Program-made: the position numbers and the translations under genes
NCBI GenBank assembly: GCA_028599125.1
Contig: JAQRMX010000026.1
Span: 17,596-81,595 of the forward strand
Direction: 5' to 3'
Origin: Alphaproteobacteria bacterium
Lineage (GTDB): Bacteria > Pseudomonadota > Alphaproteobacteria > Rhizobiales > NORP267
Length of the DNA stretch: 64,000 bases
Notes under the pieces: generated by a model
The model's input: the letters and a program-made list of their open reading frames with translations, nothing else
The model's database searches: none
What the model was told of the DNA's origin: nothing
Part shown: piece by piece, positions 1 to 10,457 of the stretch
Position numbering within the stretch: the stretch's first letter is position 1
How the letters are laid out: every line of letters begins with the position of its first letter

Positions 1-2
1 TC

Positions 3-1010
3 GTGGTTGAGGGATATATGGACGTCATCGCTCTTGTTCAAGCAGGAATAGATTCTGTGGTTTCTCCTTTGGGAACAGCGTTGACCCGGGAGCAACTTTC
101 TTGTCTATGGTCCATGAGCGACGAGCCTGTTATGTGTTTTGACGGTGACCCAGCCGGCGAGAAGGCGGCTCATCGTGTGATGGATCTGGCTCTTCCTTTT
201 TTGATCCCCGGTAAAAGCCTTCGTTTTGCGCTGTTGTCGTGTGGTCAGGATCCGTATGATCTGGTGCAGGAAAAAGGAGAAAATGGCGTGAAAGAGGCTG
301 TTTTGAACGCCGTTCCTTTGGTTGACATGCTCTGGAATCGTGAATTTGGCCTGACTAATCCTTCCACGCCGGAGCGTCGAGCATTATTTGTACGGCACCT
401 CCGGGATCTGACGCAAACGATCAAAGATACGGAAGTGAGGCAGCTTTACAAGGCTGAATTTGAGACGCGCAGGGAGAGTGAACGGGCTGCGTCTCCACTG
501 GCCCCGCGCCTGTGGACTGGAGCATCCGGTCGTCACTTTTCGTCTTCTCTCCGTGTCGTTCCGAAGAAGGAAGCTCTGGATTCTTTGGCGCGGGAGGGTG
601 TATTTATCATGATCGCCTTGAATTATCCTGGAATTTTATGTGAGGAGATTGAAATTTTTGGCAGACTTGAATTAACAATTCAAAGGCTTAATGACCTTCT
701 TTGCGCGATTCTGGATCTGGCGGTCATGGAGAAAGTGACAAATTCCGAGGTTCTTTGGGACCGTTTGGAGTTGAAAGGTTTCGGAAAGTTGCTCCAGCGT
801 GTCGACAGGGTTGTGCGTCAGGTTCCTTATCGTTTTGCCTTGTCCGGCTGTGAGCGGGACGAGGTTGTGAGGGGTTTGAAGGATACGCTGTCCCTGCATC
901 GCCGATTTATCCTTAATCAAGAAGTGCAGGCTGCGCAGGAGGCGGGGGACGTTGATCGCCTCGTCCATCTCAAGAAGGAAGTTTTTCGAGAAGAAGAGAA
1001 AGTGACATGA
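3..1010 (+). CDS. dnaG: DNA primase DnaG, C-terminal part (5' end lies outside the window)
   Basis: The ORF runs from the window edge. A TOPRIM-type segment (VVEGYMDVIAL ... CFDGDPAGEKAA) is followed by a primase C-terminal helical region. The dnaG-rpoD order is the classic arrangement. Confidence 0.85.
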   Translation: MVEGYMDVIALVQAGIDSVVSPLGTALTREQLSCLWSMSDEPVMCFDGDPAGEKAAHRVMDLALPFLIPGKSLRFALLSCGQDPYDLVQEKGENGVKEAVLNAVPLVDMLWNREFGLTNPSTPERRALFVRHLRDLTQTIKDTEVRQLYKAEFETRRESERAASPLAPRLWTGASGRHFSSSLRVVPKKEALDSLAREGVFIMIALNYPGILCEEIEIFGRLELTIQRLNDLLCAILDLAVMEKVTNSEVLWDRLELKGFGKLLQRVDRVVRQVPYRFALSGCERDEVVRGLKDTLSLHRRFILNQEVQAAQEAGDVDRLVHLKKEVFREEEKVT

Positions 1011-1234
1011 GACTATGGTTTTTATGCTCTCCTTCTCTTTCCATGCGGAAAATATTTCCGGGGAAACGTGAAGGAGACGGGGAATAAATTTTTATAATGG
1101 TCTGAACAGAAGTATCCTTAGATTAATTCTGATTTAAGAGACAGCAGTCTATTTTAACAGATTGAGTCATATCTGCTCCGGTATTTGAGTGGATTTTTTG
1201 ACAGGCATGTTCCGAGAGAGAGGTAAGGATCAAA

Positions 1235-3229
1235 ATGGTGATTGCTGCAGCACAGGAGGGTGGTTCCAATAACGAAATGGCAAGAGAATGCCCGGATCGT
1301 GTGACTTCTGGTTCATCTGATCCCGTAATCAGGCGGGCTCTTAAAATTGCAAAGAGATGTGGTCATGTGACTTATAATGACTTTAACGCGATTTTCCCCG
1401 GAGAGGACCCCACCTCTGAGCAAATAGAAGATTTAGTTGCCTCGCTTTCTGATATGGGGGTGAATCTTGTAGAAGCAGATGAAACTGAAGACGAGCCTGA
1501 CGGCCCTGATGAAGATATTTCCGAAACTATTGTGAATACGGGAAGTTTAGTTGCCAAAACTGATGTTAAGGTCGAATCTAGCGAAAGAAATGGCGATCCT
1601 GTAAGGATGTACCTTCGTGAAATGGGGTCTGTTGAACTCCTTTCGCGCAAGGGCGAGATTGCAATTGCCAAGCGTATTGAAACGGGTCGAGAAGCCATGA
1701 TTGCGGGCCTGTGCGAAAGTCCGTTGACGTTTCAGGCGATCATCATCTGGCGTGAAGAGCTTGCGGATGAGAAAATCTTGCTCCGTGATATTATTGATCT
1801 TGAAGCCACTTATAGTGGCCCTGAGTCCCGACGTCCCCCTGAGGCAGGGGAAGGCAGGCCGGAGGGTCTTGTCAGTGAGCCGGGTTCATTTTCATTGGAG
1901 GGCAATGGCGATGGTAACGATCTGTCTCTGGAAGATGACGAAGGGGCTGACATGGATGGAAATCTTTCTCTGTCGGCTATGGAGCTTGAGCTGAAGCCGA
2001 AGGTTGTTGAAACGTTTGACCGAATCGCTGTCAGTTATAAGAAACTGGATCGTTTGCAGGCGCAAAATGTTCAGAATCTGCTGAATAATTCGACTCTTTC
2101 TCCCCATCAGGAGCGACGTTACAAGAAACTGAAGGTGGAAATTGTCACTGATGTGAAAAGTTTGTCCCTGAATACCCATCGCATAGAATCTCTAGTTCAT
2201 CAGCTTTACGATATTAACCGTCGTCTCATGTCTTTGGAGGGGCGTTTGCTGCGTCTTGCAGATTCCCATGGTGTTTCGCGTGAGGATTTTCTGGAAGAGT
2301 ATCAAGGCAGTGAGCTTGATTCGGACTGGCTTCACCGTATTAGTCGTCTTTCCCGCAAAGGCTGGAAGAATTTTATTTCTATTGATCGTGAGAATATCAC
2401 AGAGATCCGCGCCCGTGTTCAAGAGCTTGCAGCCGAGACCGGTCTGGAGATCAGGGAATTTCGCAGAATTGTGAACACGGTGCAAAAGGGTGATCGGGAG
2501 GCTCGCATCGCCAAGAAGGAAATGGTTGAGGCTAATTTGCGTCTGGTTATCTCCATTGCCAAAAAATACACGAATCGTGGTTTGCAGTTTCTTGACTTGA
2601 TTCAGGAAGGGAATATTGGTCTGATGAAGGCAGTGGACAAGTTTGAATACCGTCGTGGTTACAAATTTTCCACTTATGCCACCTGGTGGATTCGTCAAGC
2701 AATCACCCGTTCTATTGCAGATCAGGCGCGGACCATCCGGATTCCGGTTCATATGATTGAAACAATTAATAAGATTGTTCGTACATCCCGTCAGATCCTT
2801 CATGAAACCGGTCGCGAGCCGACTCCTGAGGAATTGGCCAGGAAGCTTATTATGCCTCTAGAGAAGGTACGCAAAGTTTTCAAGATTGCGAAAGAGCCGA
2901 TTTCTCTTGAAACCCCTGTTGGTGATGAGGAAGATTCGTATCTTGGCGATTTTATTGAGGACAAGAATGCAATACTTCCTATTGATGCGGCCATTCAGTC
3001 CAATCTGCGGGAGACAACAACGCGTGTTCTGGCTTCGCTTACGGCGCGTGAAGAACGTGTTTTGCGTATGCGTTTCGGGATTGGGATGAACACGGATCAC
3101 ACATTGGAGGAGGTCGGACAGCAATTTTCGGTAACGCGGGAACGGATTCGTCAGATTGAGGCCAAGGCGCTAAGGAAGCTGAAACATCCCAGTCGGTCAA
3201 AGAAATTGAGGAGTTTTTTGGATAATTGA
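1235..3229 (+). CDS. rpoD: Primary RNA polymerase sigma factor RpoD (sigma-70)
   Basis: 664 aa. It has an acidic region 1 and the conserved region 2-4 strings ([74 protein letters not shown], and [32 protein letters not shown]). Confidence 0.95.
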   Translation: MVIAAAQEGGSNNEMARECPDRVTSGSSDPVIRRALKIAKRCGHVTYNDFNAIFPGEDPTSEQIEDLVASLSDMGVNLVEADETEDEPDGPDEDISETIVNTGSLVAKTDVKVESSERNGDPVRMYLREMGSVELLSRKGEIAIAKRIETGREAMIAGLCESPLTFQAIIIWREELADEKILLRDIIDLEATYSGPESRRPPEAGEGRPEGLVSEPGSFSLEGNGDGNDLSLEDDEGADMDGNLSLSAMELELKPKVVETFDRIAVSYKKLDRLQAQNVQNLLNNSTLSPHQERRYKKLKVEIVTDVKSLSLNTHRIESLVHQLYDINRRLMSLEGRLLRLADSHGVSREDFLEEYQGSELDSDWLHRISRLSRKGWKNFISIDRENITEIRARVQELAAETGLEIREFRRIVNTVQKGDREARIAKKEMVEANLRLVISIAKKYTNRGLQFLDLIQEGNIGLMKAVDKFEYRRGYKFSTYATWWIRQAITRSIADQARTIRIPVHMIETINKIVRTSRQILHETGREPTPEELARKLIMPLEKVRKVFKIAKEPISLETPVGDEEDSYLGDFIEDKNAILPIDAAIQSNLRETTTRVLASLTAREERVLRMRFGIGMNTDHTLEEVGQQFSVTRERIRQIEAKALRKLKHPSRSKKLRSFLDN

Positions 3230-3284
3230 GATTTCTTTAGGTTTTTTATTGGCTTGTTTGATCTTTCGGGAAAGGGGGAAAAAA

Positions 3285-3359
<75 letters not shown>

Positions 3360-3627
3360 ATGACGTTTTTTCCAGAACTTTGACTCCGTCAAAAGAAAGG
3401 GAAGCCGGATACGGGCTCTGTAAAGGAGGCATGTCATCCTCCGTCTGGAGGAAATGTTTTTACATAGGTTTTCCATTTTCATAGCCCCTGCAACCGGCCT
3501 GTGGTAGGGAGTTGTGTGGGGTCCCTTGCCATTTGCCTTCGTAAAGTGCCATATGGTTGCGGCAGGCGCAAGATTGGCGGTTGTTTTTTCCTGCTTAAAA
3601 GCAATTTTTAAAAGGACCGTTTACCTT

Positions 3628-3825
3628 ATGACTCATAAATTAGGCCGCAAAAAAGCTTTGCAGGAGCGCAAAGAGCGTCTGGAAGCGGCTTTGAGGGCTA
3701 ATCTCAAGAGGCGCAGAAAACAGCAGGCACGTGTGTATGAGATGGATCTGGAATTGAGGAATGAAAATCCATTAAAGAGCCACTCCGGCTGGGATTGTGA
3801 GCTTTTGTCTGCGGAGACGGGATGA
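3628..3825 (+). CDS. Small basic hypothetical protein (65 aa)
   Basis: The internal ATG at 3628 of ORF 3514..3825 is preceded by AAGGA. The product is a lysine/arginine-rich helix (LGRKKALQERKERLEAALRANLKRRRKQQ). I do not recognise a family. Confidence 0.3.
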   Translation: MTHKLGRKKALQERKERLEAALRANLKRRRKQQARVYEMDLELRNENPLKSHSGWDCELLSAETG

Positions 3826-3962
3826 TTTCTCTTTCGGACGGTTTAGGATCTGTACTGGTATTTGTTGTTTTGCGTTTAATTGATATGTGGAATGTTTAGG
3901 GAGGAGGGAAAGCGTGATCCGGCAGCGTATATGTCCGGTAAAGCGTAGGACAGGAATGGTGC

Positions 3963-5249
3963 ATGGATAGCATCAAGATTGTTGGTGGCCACCGGCTTGA
4001 CGGTACGATTTCTATCAGTGGTGCAAAGAATGCGGCATTGCCGCTCATGGTTTCCAGTCTTCTGACGGAAGAGCCTCTGACACTTAATAATGTGCCTGAT
4101 CTGGCTGATGTATCTCTTCTGACTCGTATTTTAAGTGGTCTCGGAGTTGAGATAACAATGCATGATCAAAACGGTCAGGGTGATGTGGGTAGCCAAGTTT
4201 ACACGCTGCACTCCAGTCATATTACCAGTACGGTTGCGCCTTATGAGCTTGTATCGCGTATGCGTGCTAGTTTCTGGGTTATTGGTCCTTTGCTGGCGCG
4301 TTGCGGTGAAGCGCGTGTTTCTTTGCCGGGAGGTTGTGCGATCGGTATGCGTCCTGTTGATCTTTATTTGATGGGCCTGCGCGCACTTGGCGTTCATATC
4401 AGTATTGAGAAAGGTTATATTGTCGCGAAAGCGCCTCGTGGGTTAATCGGGGCGCATATTGTCTTTCCTTGTGTCACGGTCGGTGCCACGCATACGCTGT
4501 TAATGGCGGCGACGTTGGCTAGGGGTGAGACAGTGATTGAGAATGCCGCGCGTGAACCTGAAGTGGGTGATCTGATTACCTGTCTGAATGAAATGGGCGC
4601 GCGCATTTCAGGGATTGGCAGCTCTCGTCTTGTGATTCAGGGTGTGGATCGCCTTCATGGAGCGACCCATGAGGTTCTTCCGGATCGCGTGGAGGCTGGC
4701 ACTTATGCTTTGGCGACTGTTGCCGCTAGCGGCAATGTCCTGCTGCGAAACGCTCGTCCTGAACTCATGGAAACGGTCTTTGATACAATGCGTCAAGCTG
4801 GAGCGCAGGTAAATATTGTTGATGAGGGCGTTCGTATTCAGCATGATGGTAGTCTGTTACGTCCTGTGAATGTACATACTCATCCATTTCCTGGTTTCCC
4901 AACGGATTTGCAAGCGCAATTAATGGCCTTGATGACGTTGTCTGGAGGTACATCAAGGATTTGTGAGACAATTTTCGAGAATCGTTTTATGCATGTGAAC
5001 GAGCTGCTTCGTCTTGGTGCCAACATCAGTCTTAATGGTAAAATGGCAACGGTCTACGGAGCCACGCACCTTAAAGGCACAGAGGTAAAAGCTACAGATC
5101 TTCGTGCGTCTGCCTGTTTGGTCATTGCTGGACTTGCTGCAGAAGGCATTACAACAATTAGTCATGTCTATCATCTTGATCGTGGGTTTGAACGGATTGA
5201 AGAAAAATTAAGTAGCGTTGGCGCTGATATTAAGCGTTGCAGAGGGTAA
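3963..5249 (+). CDS. murA: UDP-N-acetylglucosamine 1-carboxyvinyltransferase
   Basis: 428 aa with the typical MurA N-terminus ([26 protein letters not shown]) and the active-site region [14 protein letters not shown]. Confidence 0.95.
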   Translation: MDSIKIVGGHRLDGTISISGAKNAALPLMVSSLLTEEPLTLNNVPDLADVSLLTRILSGLGVEITMHDQNGQGDVGSQVYTLHSSHITSTVAPYELVSRMRASFWVIGPLLARCGEARVSLPGGCAIGMRPVDLYLMGLRALGVHISIEKGYIVAKAPRGLIGAHIVFPCVTVGATHTLLMAATLARGETVIENAAREPEVGDLITCLNEMGARISGIGSSRLVIQGVDRLHGATHEVLPDRVEAGTYALATVAASGNVLLRNARPELMETVFDTMRQAGAQVNIVDEGVRIQHDGSLLRPVNVHTHPFPGFPTDLQAQLMALMTLSGGTSRICETIFENRFMHVNELLRLGANISLNGKMATVYGATHLKGTEVKATDLRASACLVIAGLAAEGITTISHVYHLDRGFERIEEKLSSVGADIKRCRG

Positions 5250-5925
5250 AAAAGAAGCGTTTTTTCTTGTTTTCTTGTTTTCTGCATGACGGTTGGGTTT
5301 GAAGCTTATGAGGCAAAGAGAGTCCGTGTCTTGAAACTTTTGTTTTTGATGAGGAATTTTATCTGTTTTCCTGATGTTTTTGCACAGTATAATCCTGTGT
5401 ATTAGAGATATGGTCTTTCTTGCGGAAAAATCCCGCTTTGTCTTCTTTGCGTGTCAGAGACGATTTCACCGAGAGAGGCTGTGAGGAGAGCTGCTTCTTT
5501 TCTTTCGTTCTCCTTCCTTCCCCCCGAAAGGGGAGAGCCTCATCTTGTCAGGTGCTTACAGACATGAAGGATTGATCCGGATACACAGGAAGGAAATGAC
5601 GCCGGAAAGGCTACTTTCCCTTTCGGTAGTTTTTGCTTTTCTGCTCGGGCAGCCTTCCATCCATATGATAATTGCTTTTTAGGAAGGGGATGTCTGTTCG
5701 AGTTGACATAAATTTGTATATGGACTTATTCCAGTCTTGGGTGATGCGGGGCTGTGTGAGAAAATATGATATAATGATCCTTTTTTTTCTGTTCGTCTCT
5801 TTATCTTTCCGGGAAGACGGCGATGAAAGCAGGGGATGGGTTTTTTTATCCAATGAGAGGTTCTTTCTGACACTTTTCTTGCGTCAGAGGTGCCTGTAGA
5901 CTGTTTTTTATAGAAGGAAAGTTTT

Positions 5926-7224
5926 TTGGTTTTAAAGCTGAATAGCAGGTCACCTGATTTTGAGTCCCGTTTTATGCGCATGCTTGGCATGAGGCAGGAG
6001 GTATTGGATGAGGTGAATGAGGTTACGGCACATATTATCAAAGAGGTCCGTTGCAGCGGTGACGCGGCGTTGATTTCCTTGACGGAGACGTTTGACCGCA
6101 CTCGTTTGACGTCCGCTGGTCTTCGCGTCTGCAAGGATGAGATTGTCGCTTCTTATGGCGATCTTGCGCCGGATACGCTCAGGGCGCTAAATCTTGCGCG
6201 GGATCGTATCCGGTCGTATCACTTGCGCCAAATGCCTTGTAATGAACGTTTTTTTGATCCGATCGGGATTGAACTTGGCCATCGCTGGACGCCAATAGAG
6301 GCTGTTGGTTTATATGTCCCTGGCGGCGTTGCCTCTTACCCCAGTTCAGTGCTGATGAGCGCTCTTCCGGCGCGTGTTGCCGGCGTGGAGAGGTTGGTAA
6401 TGACAGTTCCCTGCCAAAGCGGTGTTTTGAATCCGATTGTTCTTGTGGCAGCTGATCTTGCCGGCGTGGATGAGATTTACAAGATAGGAGGGGCGCAGGC
6501 GATTGCGGCTTTGGCTTATGGGACAGAGACGATACAGGCTGTAGATAAAGTTGTTGGTCCGGGGAATGCCTATGTTGCTGCTGCGAAACGTCAGCTGTTC
6601 GGTACTGTTGGCATTGATATGATTGCGGGCCCTTCAGAAGTTCTGATTGTTGCAGATGAGGAGGCTAATCCAGAGTGGATTGCGATTGATCTCCTGGCAC
6701 AAGCGGAGCATGATACTTCGGCTCGTCCGATTTTTGTTACGGCGTCCGCGTTGTTGTCTTCAAGAGTAGAGGCGTGTATTGAAAGCTGTCTCAGGACGTT
6801 GCCGCGTACTTTGATTGCATCGCGAAGCTGGATGGAGCAGGGTGTCATCATAGAGGTGGAACGGCTTGAGGACGCTGCCTCATTAGTGAACCGGATTGCA
6901 CCTGAACATCTGCAGCTTGCGATGAAAGAACCGGAATATTTATTGAAGGAGATAAAAAATGCCGGTTCAATTTTTCTTGGTATGCATACGCCGGAGGCTA
7001 TTGGGGATTATGTGGCAGGGCCTAATCACGTTCTTCCCACGGCGCGCGGTGCGCGTTACGCATCCGGCTTGAATGTTCTTGATTTTCTGAAGCGTTCCTC
7101 TCTTATCAGATGTACAGCTGAGGGTTTGGCGAGTCTTGGACCTGATGCGGTTTGTCTTGCGCGTGCGGAGGGTCTGGAGGGGCATGCGCGTTCTGTTTTG
7201 ATCCGTCTTGCCGATGGGATCTGA
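5926..7224 (+). CDS. hisD: Histidinol dehydrogenase
   Basis: 432 aa with a TTG start. HisD signatures are present (YVPGGVASYPSSVLM, IGGAQAIAALAYGTE, VGPGNAYVAAAKR, AQAEHD, GDYVAGPNHVLPT). Confidence 0.95.
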   Translation: MVLKLNSRSPDFESRFMRMLGMRQEVLDEVNEVTAHIIKEVRCSGDAALISLTETFDRTRLTSAGLRVCKDEIVASYGDLAPDTLRALNLARDRIRSYHLRQMPCNERFFDPIGIELGHRWTPIEAVGLYVPGGVASYPSSVLMSALPARVAGVERLVMTVPCQSGVLNPIVLVAADLAGVDEIYKIGGAQAIAALAYGTETIQAVDKVVGPGNAYVAAAKRQLFGTVGIDMIAGPSEVLIVADEEANPEWIAIDLLAQAEHDTSARPIFVTASALLSSRVEACIESCLRTLPRTLIASRSWMEQGVIIEVERLEDAASLVNRIAPEHLQLAMKEPEYLLKEIKNAGSIFLGMHTPEAIGDYVAGPNHVLPTARGARYASGLNVLDFLKRSSLIRCTAEGLASLGPDAVCLARAEGLEGHARSVLIRLADGI

Positions 7225-7453
7225 ATTTTTGATTGTCTCTATGTTCATTGACGTTGTTTTCAGGTATTAATTTTAATCTCTGGGAAGGGATTTTTTGTCG
7301 TGAAACTCGCTTTGAGTGAGGAATTTGATTGTTTTTCCTTCTCCTTTTCGGGGCGGAGAGAGGCTTTTCACCTAGTGTGCTTCTGTACCGACGTTTTTAC
7401 TATATCATAGGTTCTTGTTTTCTGGTATGGCGTGTCTTCTTCGTTTCCTGTTT

Positions 7454-7549
7454 TTTGCTGGTTTGCTGGTTTGCTGGTTTGCTGGTTTGCTGGTTTGCTG
7501 GTTTGCTGGTTTGCTGGTTTGCTGGTTTGCTGGTTTGCTGGTTTGCTGG
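7454..7549. repeat. Perfect tandem octanucleotide repeat, (TTTGCTGG) x 12
   Basis: I counted twelve uninterrupted copies directly in the sequence, from 7454 to 7549. It lies in the ORF-free hisD-infA spacer. Confidence 0.95.
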
Positions 7550-7896
7550 TCCTACTAGGAAGAGGTTTTTTGTGCTTGTTTTTTATCTTGAGCGTATTTT
7601 CTGTTTCTAGCTTTCTGGTATGGGGTGATATACAGGGTGTATTGCCGTCTGTAATCGCTTCGTTATGTGTAGCGGTTTTTGGTAAATGTCGATTTTTTGG
7701 AGGTGTGTCTTTTTGTGGGAACTGTGTCTGGGGTATTCCGGAGAGCCGGGTTCGGGTTAGGAACCGGCTTTATGTTTAAGGATCTCTGTTATAGGGGGCT
7801 TTTTTTCTGGCCGTCATGGTTTGATTTTTGGTTTTGGGCCTATATCATTGAAGGGAGCGTTTGCTCTGTCCGTGGTTTTATGTTCCTAGGGAAGTA

Positions 7897-8118
7897 ATGA
7901 TGTCAAAAGAAGAGCTTTTGGAATTTCCCGGCGTAGTGACTGAGCTTTTGCCCAATGCGACGTTCAGGGTAAAACTCGATAATGATCATGAGATCATTGC
8001 ACATACGGCGGGTCGTATGCGAAAGAACCGGATCCGCGTCCTTGCTGGTGATAAGGTGTTAGTGGAAATGACATCTTATGATTTGACGAAGGGGCGCATT
8101 ATTTATCGCTTTAAATGA
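7897..8118 (+). CDS. infA: Translation initiation factor IF-1
   Basis: [73 protein letters not shown] is near-canonical IF-1. The start is one of the two adjacent ATGs at 7897 and 7900. Confidence 0.95.
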   Translation: MMSKEELLEFPGVVTELLPNATFRVKLDNDHEIIAHTAGRMRKNRIRVLAGDKVLVEMTSYDLTKGRIIYRFK

Positions 8119-8161
8119 GGTTCCTTTGCCTTTTTTATTTTTTTGATGGATCAGCTGGATT

Positions 8162-8788
8162 ATGGAGTGCCGTGGAACAGACCTGATTCTTGCTAGTGAG
8201 TCCCCCAGGCGTCTTGCTCTTTTGCGACAAGTCGGGATTGAGCCTGATTTTTTATTTTCGTCCGGGATAAATGAAAGTGCTGTGCCGGGGGAGTCACCGC
8301 GGGACCTTGCCTGTCGTCTGGCATCCTTGAAAGTCTCTGTCGTTGCGAATCGTTCCGCGCAGGACAAGTCACCTGCCGGATGCTATATTCTGGGAGCCGA
8401 TACGGTGGTCTCTGTCGGGACCCGTGTTCTTCCCAAGCCCTGTAGTACATCTGCTGCAGCGTCTTGTCTTCGGTTGCTTTCCGGACGCGCCCACAGGGTT
8501 TTTACAGGGCTTTGTTTGCGTACCCCCGGAGAAAAACAAAGGCTTTGTCTAGTTGAAACACGTTTGCGTTTCAAAAGACTTTGCGAGGAAGAGATCAAGG
8601 CTTATCTTGCTTCGGGGGAATGGCAAGGCAAGTCTGGTGGTTATGCGATTCAAGGACTGGCTTCCGCTTTTGTTGTAAAATTGGCAGGTTCTTACACCAA
8701 TGTTGTTGGTTTACCGCTTCATGAGACTGTTGCTCTGTTGGAGGGTGAGGGCTACAGGGTCATACAGCGGTGGCAGAGGACGTCATAA
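8162..8788 (+). CDS. maf: Maf-like nucleoside triphosphate pyrophosphatase (septum formation protein)
   Basis: 208 aa. It has the Maf pattern LILASESPRRLALL ... GADTVV ... LPKP ... LSGRAHRVFTG ... GKSGGYAIQG. Confidence 0.85.
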   Translation: MECRGTDLILASESPRRLALLRQVGIEPDFLFSSGINESAVPGESPRDLACRLASLKVSVVANRSAQDKSPAGCYILGADTVVSVGTRVLPKPCSTSAAASCLRLLSGRAHRVFTGLCLRTPGEKQRLCLVETRLRFKRLCEEEIKAYLASGEWQGKSGGYAIQGLASAFVVKLAGSYTNVVGLPLHETVALLEGEGYRVIQRWQRTS

Positions 8789-8809
8789 AGAGGGGAAGAA
8801 TAGAAGGGA

Positions 8810-8974
8810 ATGGGAACGATTTGTCCGATCTGCGGCGTCCGCAGTGAGCTTTCTTATCATTCATTTTGTTCCAGGCGTTGCGCTTATGTGGATCTTCATC
8901 GCTGGCTGTCCGGGGCGTATACAATTACGGAAACTGACGGTCGTCTAGATGTTTCGTTCAATGAAGAGGATTGA
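8810..8974 (+). CDS. yacG: YacG-type zinc finger protein (DNA gyrase inhibitor family)
   Basis: A 54 aa ORF below the track cutoff, translated by hand: MGTICPICGVRSELSYHSFCSRRCAYVDLHRWLSGAYTITETDGRLDVSFNEED. The CPxCG ... FCSxRCxxxDLxxW pattern is the YacG signature. AAGGGA lies just upstream of the ATG, and the position after maf is common. Confidence 0.7.
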   Translation: MGTICPICGVRSELSYHSFCSRRCAYVDLHRWLSGAYTITETDGRLDVSFNEED

Positions 8975-9121
8975 GGTAAGAGTCTATGTTTTTATTTCCT
9001 TTATTCCCTCTTCTTTTTTTGTCATTATCCTAGGGGCTGGACATAAGGGAGGGAATTTTATATCAAAGCGTTATCTCCAGTGTCTGTGAGGTGTTTTCCT
9101 TTCTGTCTCTGCAATTGGTAA

Positions 9122-9197
9122 GCCCAGATAGCTCAGTCGGTAGAGCACATGACTGAAAATCATGGTGTCGGCGGTTCGATTCCGTCTCTGGGCACCA
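9122..9197 (+). tRNA. tRNA-Phe (anticodon GAA)
   Basis: GCCCAGATAGCTCAGTCGGTAGAGCACATGACTGAAAATCATGGTGTCGGCGGTTCGATTCCGTCTCTGGGCACCA folds as a canonical cloverleaf with anticodon loop CTGAAAA. Confidence 0.95.
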
Positions 9198-9273
9198 CTT
9201 TCTTTTATTTGGACTTTTATGCTTTTTATCTTTAATTTTAGGGGTTTATGGGGTCTAATCTTTGATTAAGGCT

Positions 9274-10224
9274 ATGCATAGCCGTGAGGTGAAGGGACCT
9301 TTGCGCATTGGTGCTCGGAATAGTCCGATGGCGCTTTCTTTTGCTGGACTGGCCAGGCGTGCTATCTTTCTTCTAGACCCTTCTTTATCAATTGAGATCG
9401 GGTCTTACCCTTCCTTTCGGGTTACCAATTCCATTTCTCCTTATTGTGGAAAGAGGACGTTTGTTAACGATCTGGAGGTACGTCTTCTGAAGCATGAGAT
9501 TGATATTGCGGTCCATTCCCTGAAGGATATTCCTGGGGATGTAGCGATGCATGAAGATCTTGACATCGGTGCGTATTTGCCTCGTCACAATCCCTATGAC
9601 TGCCTTGTATTGCGTAGTGGTGTCGCGGAGACAGATCTGAGAGTCCCGGGTGCGGTGATCGGGACGTCTTCGCCTCGTCGTCAAGCATTCTTACGCCGGT
9701 GTTTTCCGGAGTCTTACTGCATGAATATACAGGGGAATGTCAATACGAGGCTTAATAAACTTGAGAGAGAAAAAAAATTTCACGCGTTGGTTCTTTCTGC
9801 AGCGGGCCTGGTGCATTTGTGCCTTGAGGATCGTATAACCCGTTGGTTATTGAAAGAAGAGATGATGCCCGCTCTTGGTCAAGGCACAATCTGTTTGCAA
9901 ATTCGTTGTTCTGACAGGGAGAGATTCTGGTTTCTCTCCGAAGTTAATGACCCGGATACGGCCTATTGCTCTGCTGCGGAGCGCCAGATTCTTTCTGTTC
10001 TTGAGGGAAGTTGTCAAAGTGCGATTGCAGGTTTGTGTCTACTGGATCATGGCCGCAAGGAAGCTCATCTTACGGGTATGGTTTTGGGCAAAGAAGGTGA
10101 TGTGCTTCTTACGGCTGAATCTCGACAGGGCCTTGCCTGTTCAGATCCATCGAATCTGGGTGAATTGGTAGGGGCCAGCCTGCTTTCCCAGGGGGCAAGG
10201 ACGTTTCTAGGCCCCACGTCCTGA
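9274..10224 (+). CDS. hemC: Hydroxymethylbilane synthase (porphobilinogen deaminase)
   Basis: HemC motifs are present: LRIGARNSPMAL, DIAVHSLKD, IGTSSPRRQAF, QGNVNTRLNKL, PALGQGTI, and LEGSCQSAI with the cofactor cysteine. I preferred the ATG at 9274 over the TTG at 9262. The segment that normally carries TxGD...GGKGLF is unusually divergent (see findings). Confidence 0.8.
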   Translation: MHSREVKGPLRIGARNSPMALSFAGLARRAIFLLDPSLSIEIGSYPSFRVTNSISPYCGKRTFVNDLEVRLLKHEIDIAVHSLKDIPGDVAMHEDLDIGAYLPRHNPYDCLVLRSGVAETDLRVPGAVIGTSSPRRQAFLRRCFPESYCMNIQGNVNTRLNKLEREKKFHALVLSAAGLVHLCLEDRITRWLLKEEMMPALGQGTICLQIRCSDRERFWFLSEVNDPDTAYCSAAERQILSVLEGSCQSAIAGLCLLDHGRKEAHLTGMVLGKEGDVLLTAESRQGLACSDPSNLGELVGASLLSQGARTFLGPTS

Positions 10225-10457
10225 AAAAAGAAATTTTCATGCTCGGTCCTGTTCTGAATTTCTTTTAATCTGTTCTGTTTCCTTTATGGATAGATATTTC
10301 TTTTTTATTTATTTTTGTTTTTATACTTGCTTTGTTTTTTTTTGAGGGAGATAAACATCTCGTTTCTTTTAACAGATTTTATTGTTTTTATTTGTCTCAT
10401 CATGCGTTAAGATTTAATTCCTGCAATAAAATAATATTTGAAATTGAAGGGAATGAT

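Noticed and set aside
1123-1137. TTAA-N7-TTAA (TTAATTCTGATTTAAG) upstream of rpoD as a CtrA site.
   Set aside because: It lacks the terminal C of the consensus and sits in AT-rich DNA where TTAA is frequent. There is no supporting context, so it is treated as a chance match unless a genome-wide scan says otherwise.
2192-2803. Long antisense or overlapping ORFs inside well-supported genes, for example 2192..2803(-), 21982..22497(+), 23984..24568(+), 25060..25530(+), 35994..36719(+), 38353..38838(-) and 40011..40685(-).
   Set aside because: These are shadow ORFs on the opposite strand or in an alternative frame of strongly recognisable CDSs. Their translations are low complexity or biased, with no motifs.
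3425-3451. GGAGG / CCTCC / GGAGG triplet that can form two mutually exclusive hairpins, in the manner of an attenuator.
   Set aside because: The stems are only 5 bp. The site lies between a tRNA gene and a doubtful small ORF, with no associated leader peptide or terminator, so it is too weak to call.
5505-5560. Apparent similarity between the pyrimidine-tract / GGAGAG hairpin at 5505-5560 and the one at 7331-7390, with weaker look-alikes near 37841 and 53139, as a REP- or MITE-like family.
   Set aside because: The similarity rests on low-complexity TC-rich and GA-rich runs with different loop sequences and spacings. I could not align them convincingly. It needs a genome-wide repeat search.
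5540-5620. Resemblance of ...GATCCGGATACACAGGAAGGAAATGACGCCGG... to the conserved SRP (4.5S) RNA core.
   Set aside because: Only scattered identity to the CCGGAAGGAAGCAGC core. The symmetric-loop and GNAR tetraloop context cannot be reconstructed by hand.
7454-7549. Possible CRISPR array.
   Set aside because: The 8 bp units are contiguous with no spacers. No cas genes or repeat-spacer periodicity occur anywhere in the window.
7329-7779. ORFs 7329..7610 and 7432..7779 encode a repeated LLVCWFAG peptide.
   Set aside because: They are simply the translation of the (TTTGCTGG)12 microsatellite and the T-rich flanks. They have no start context, an implausible composition, and a unit length that is not a multiple of 3.
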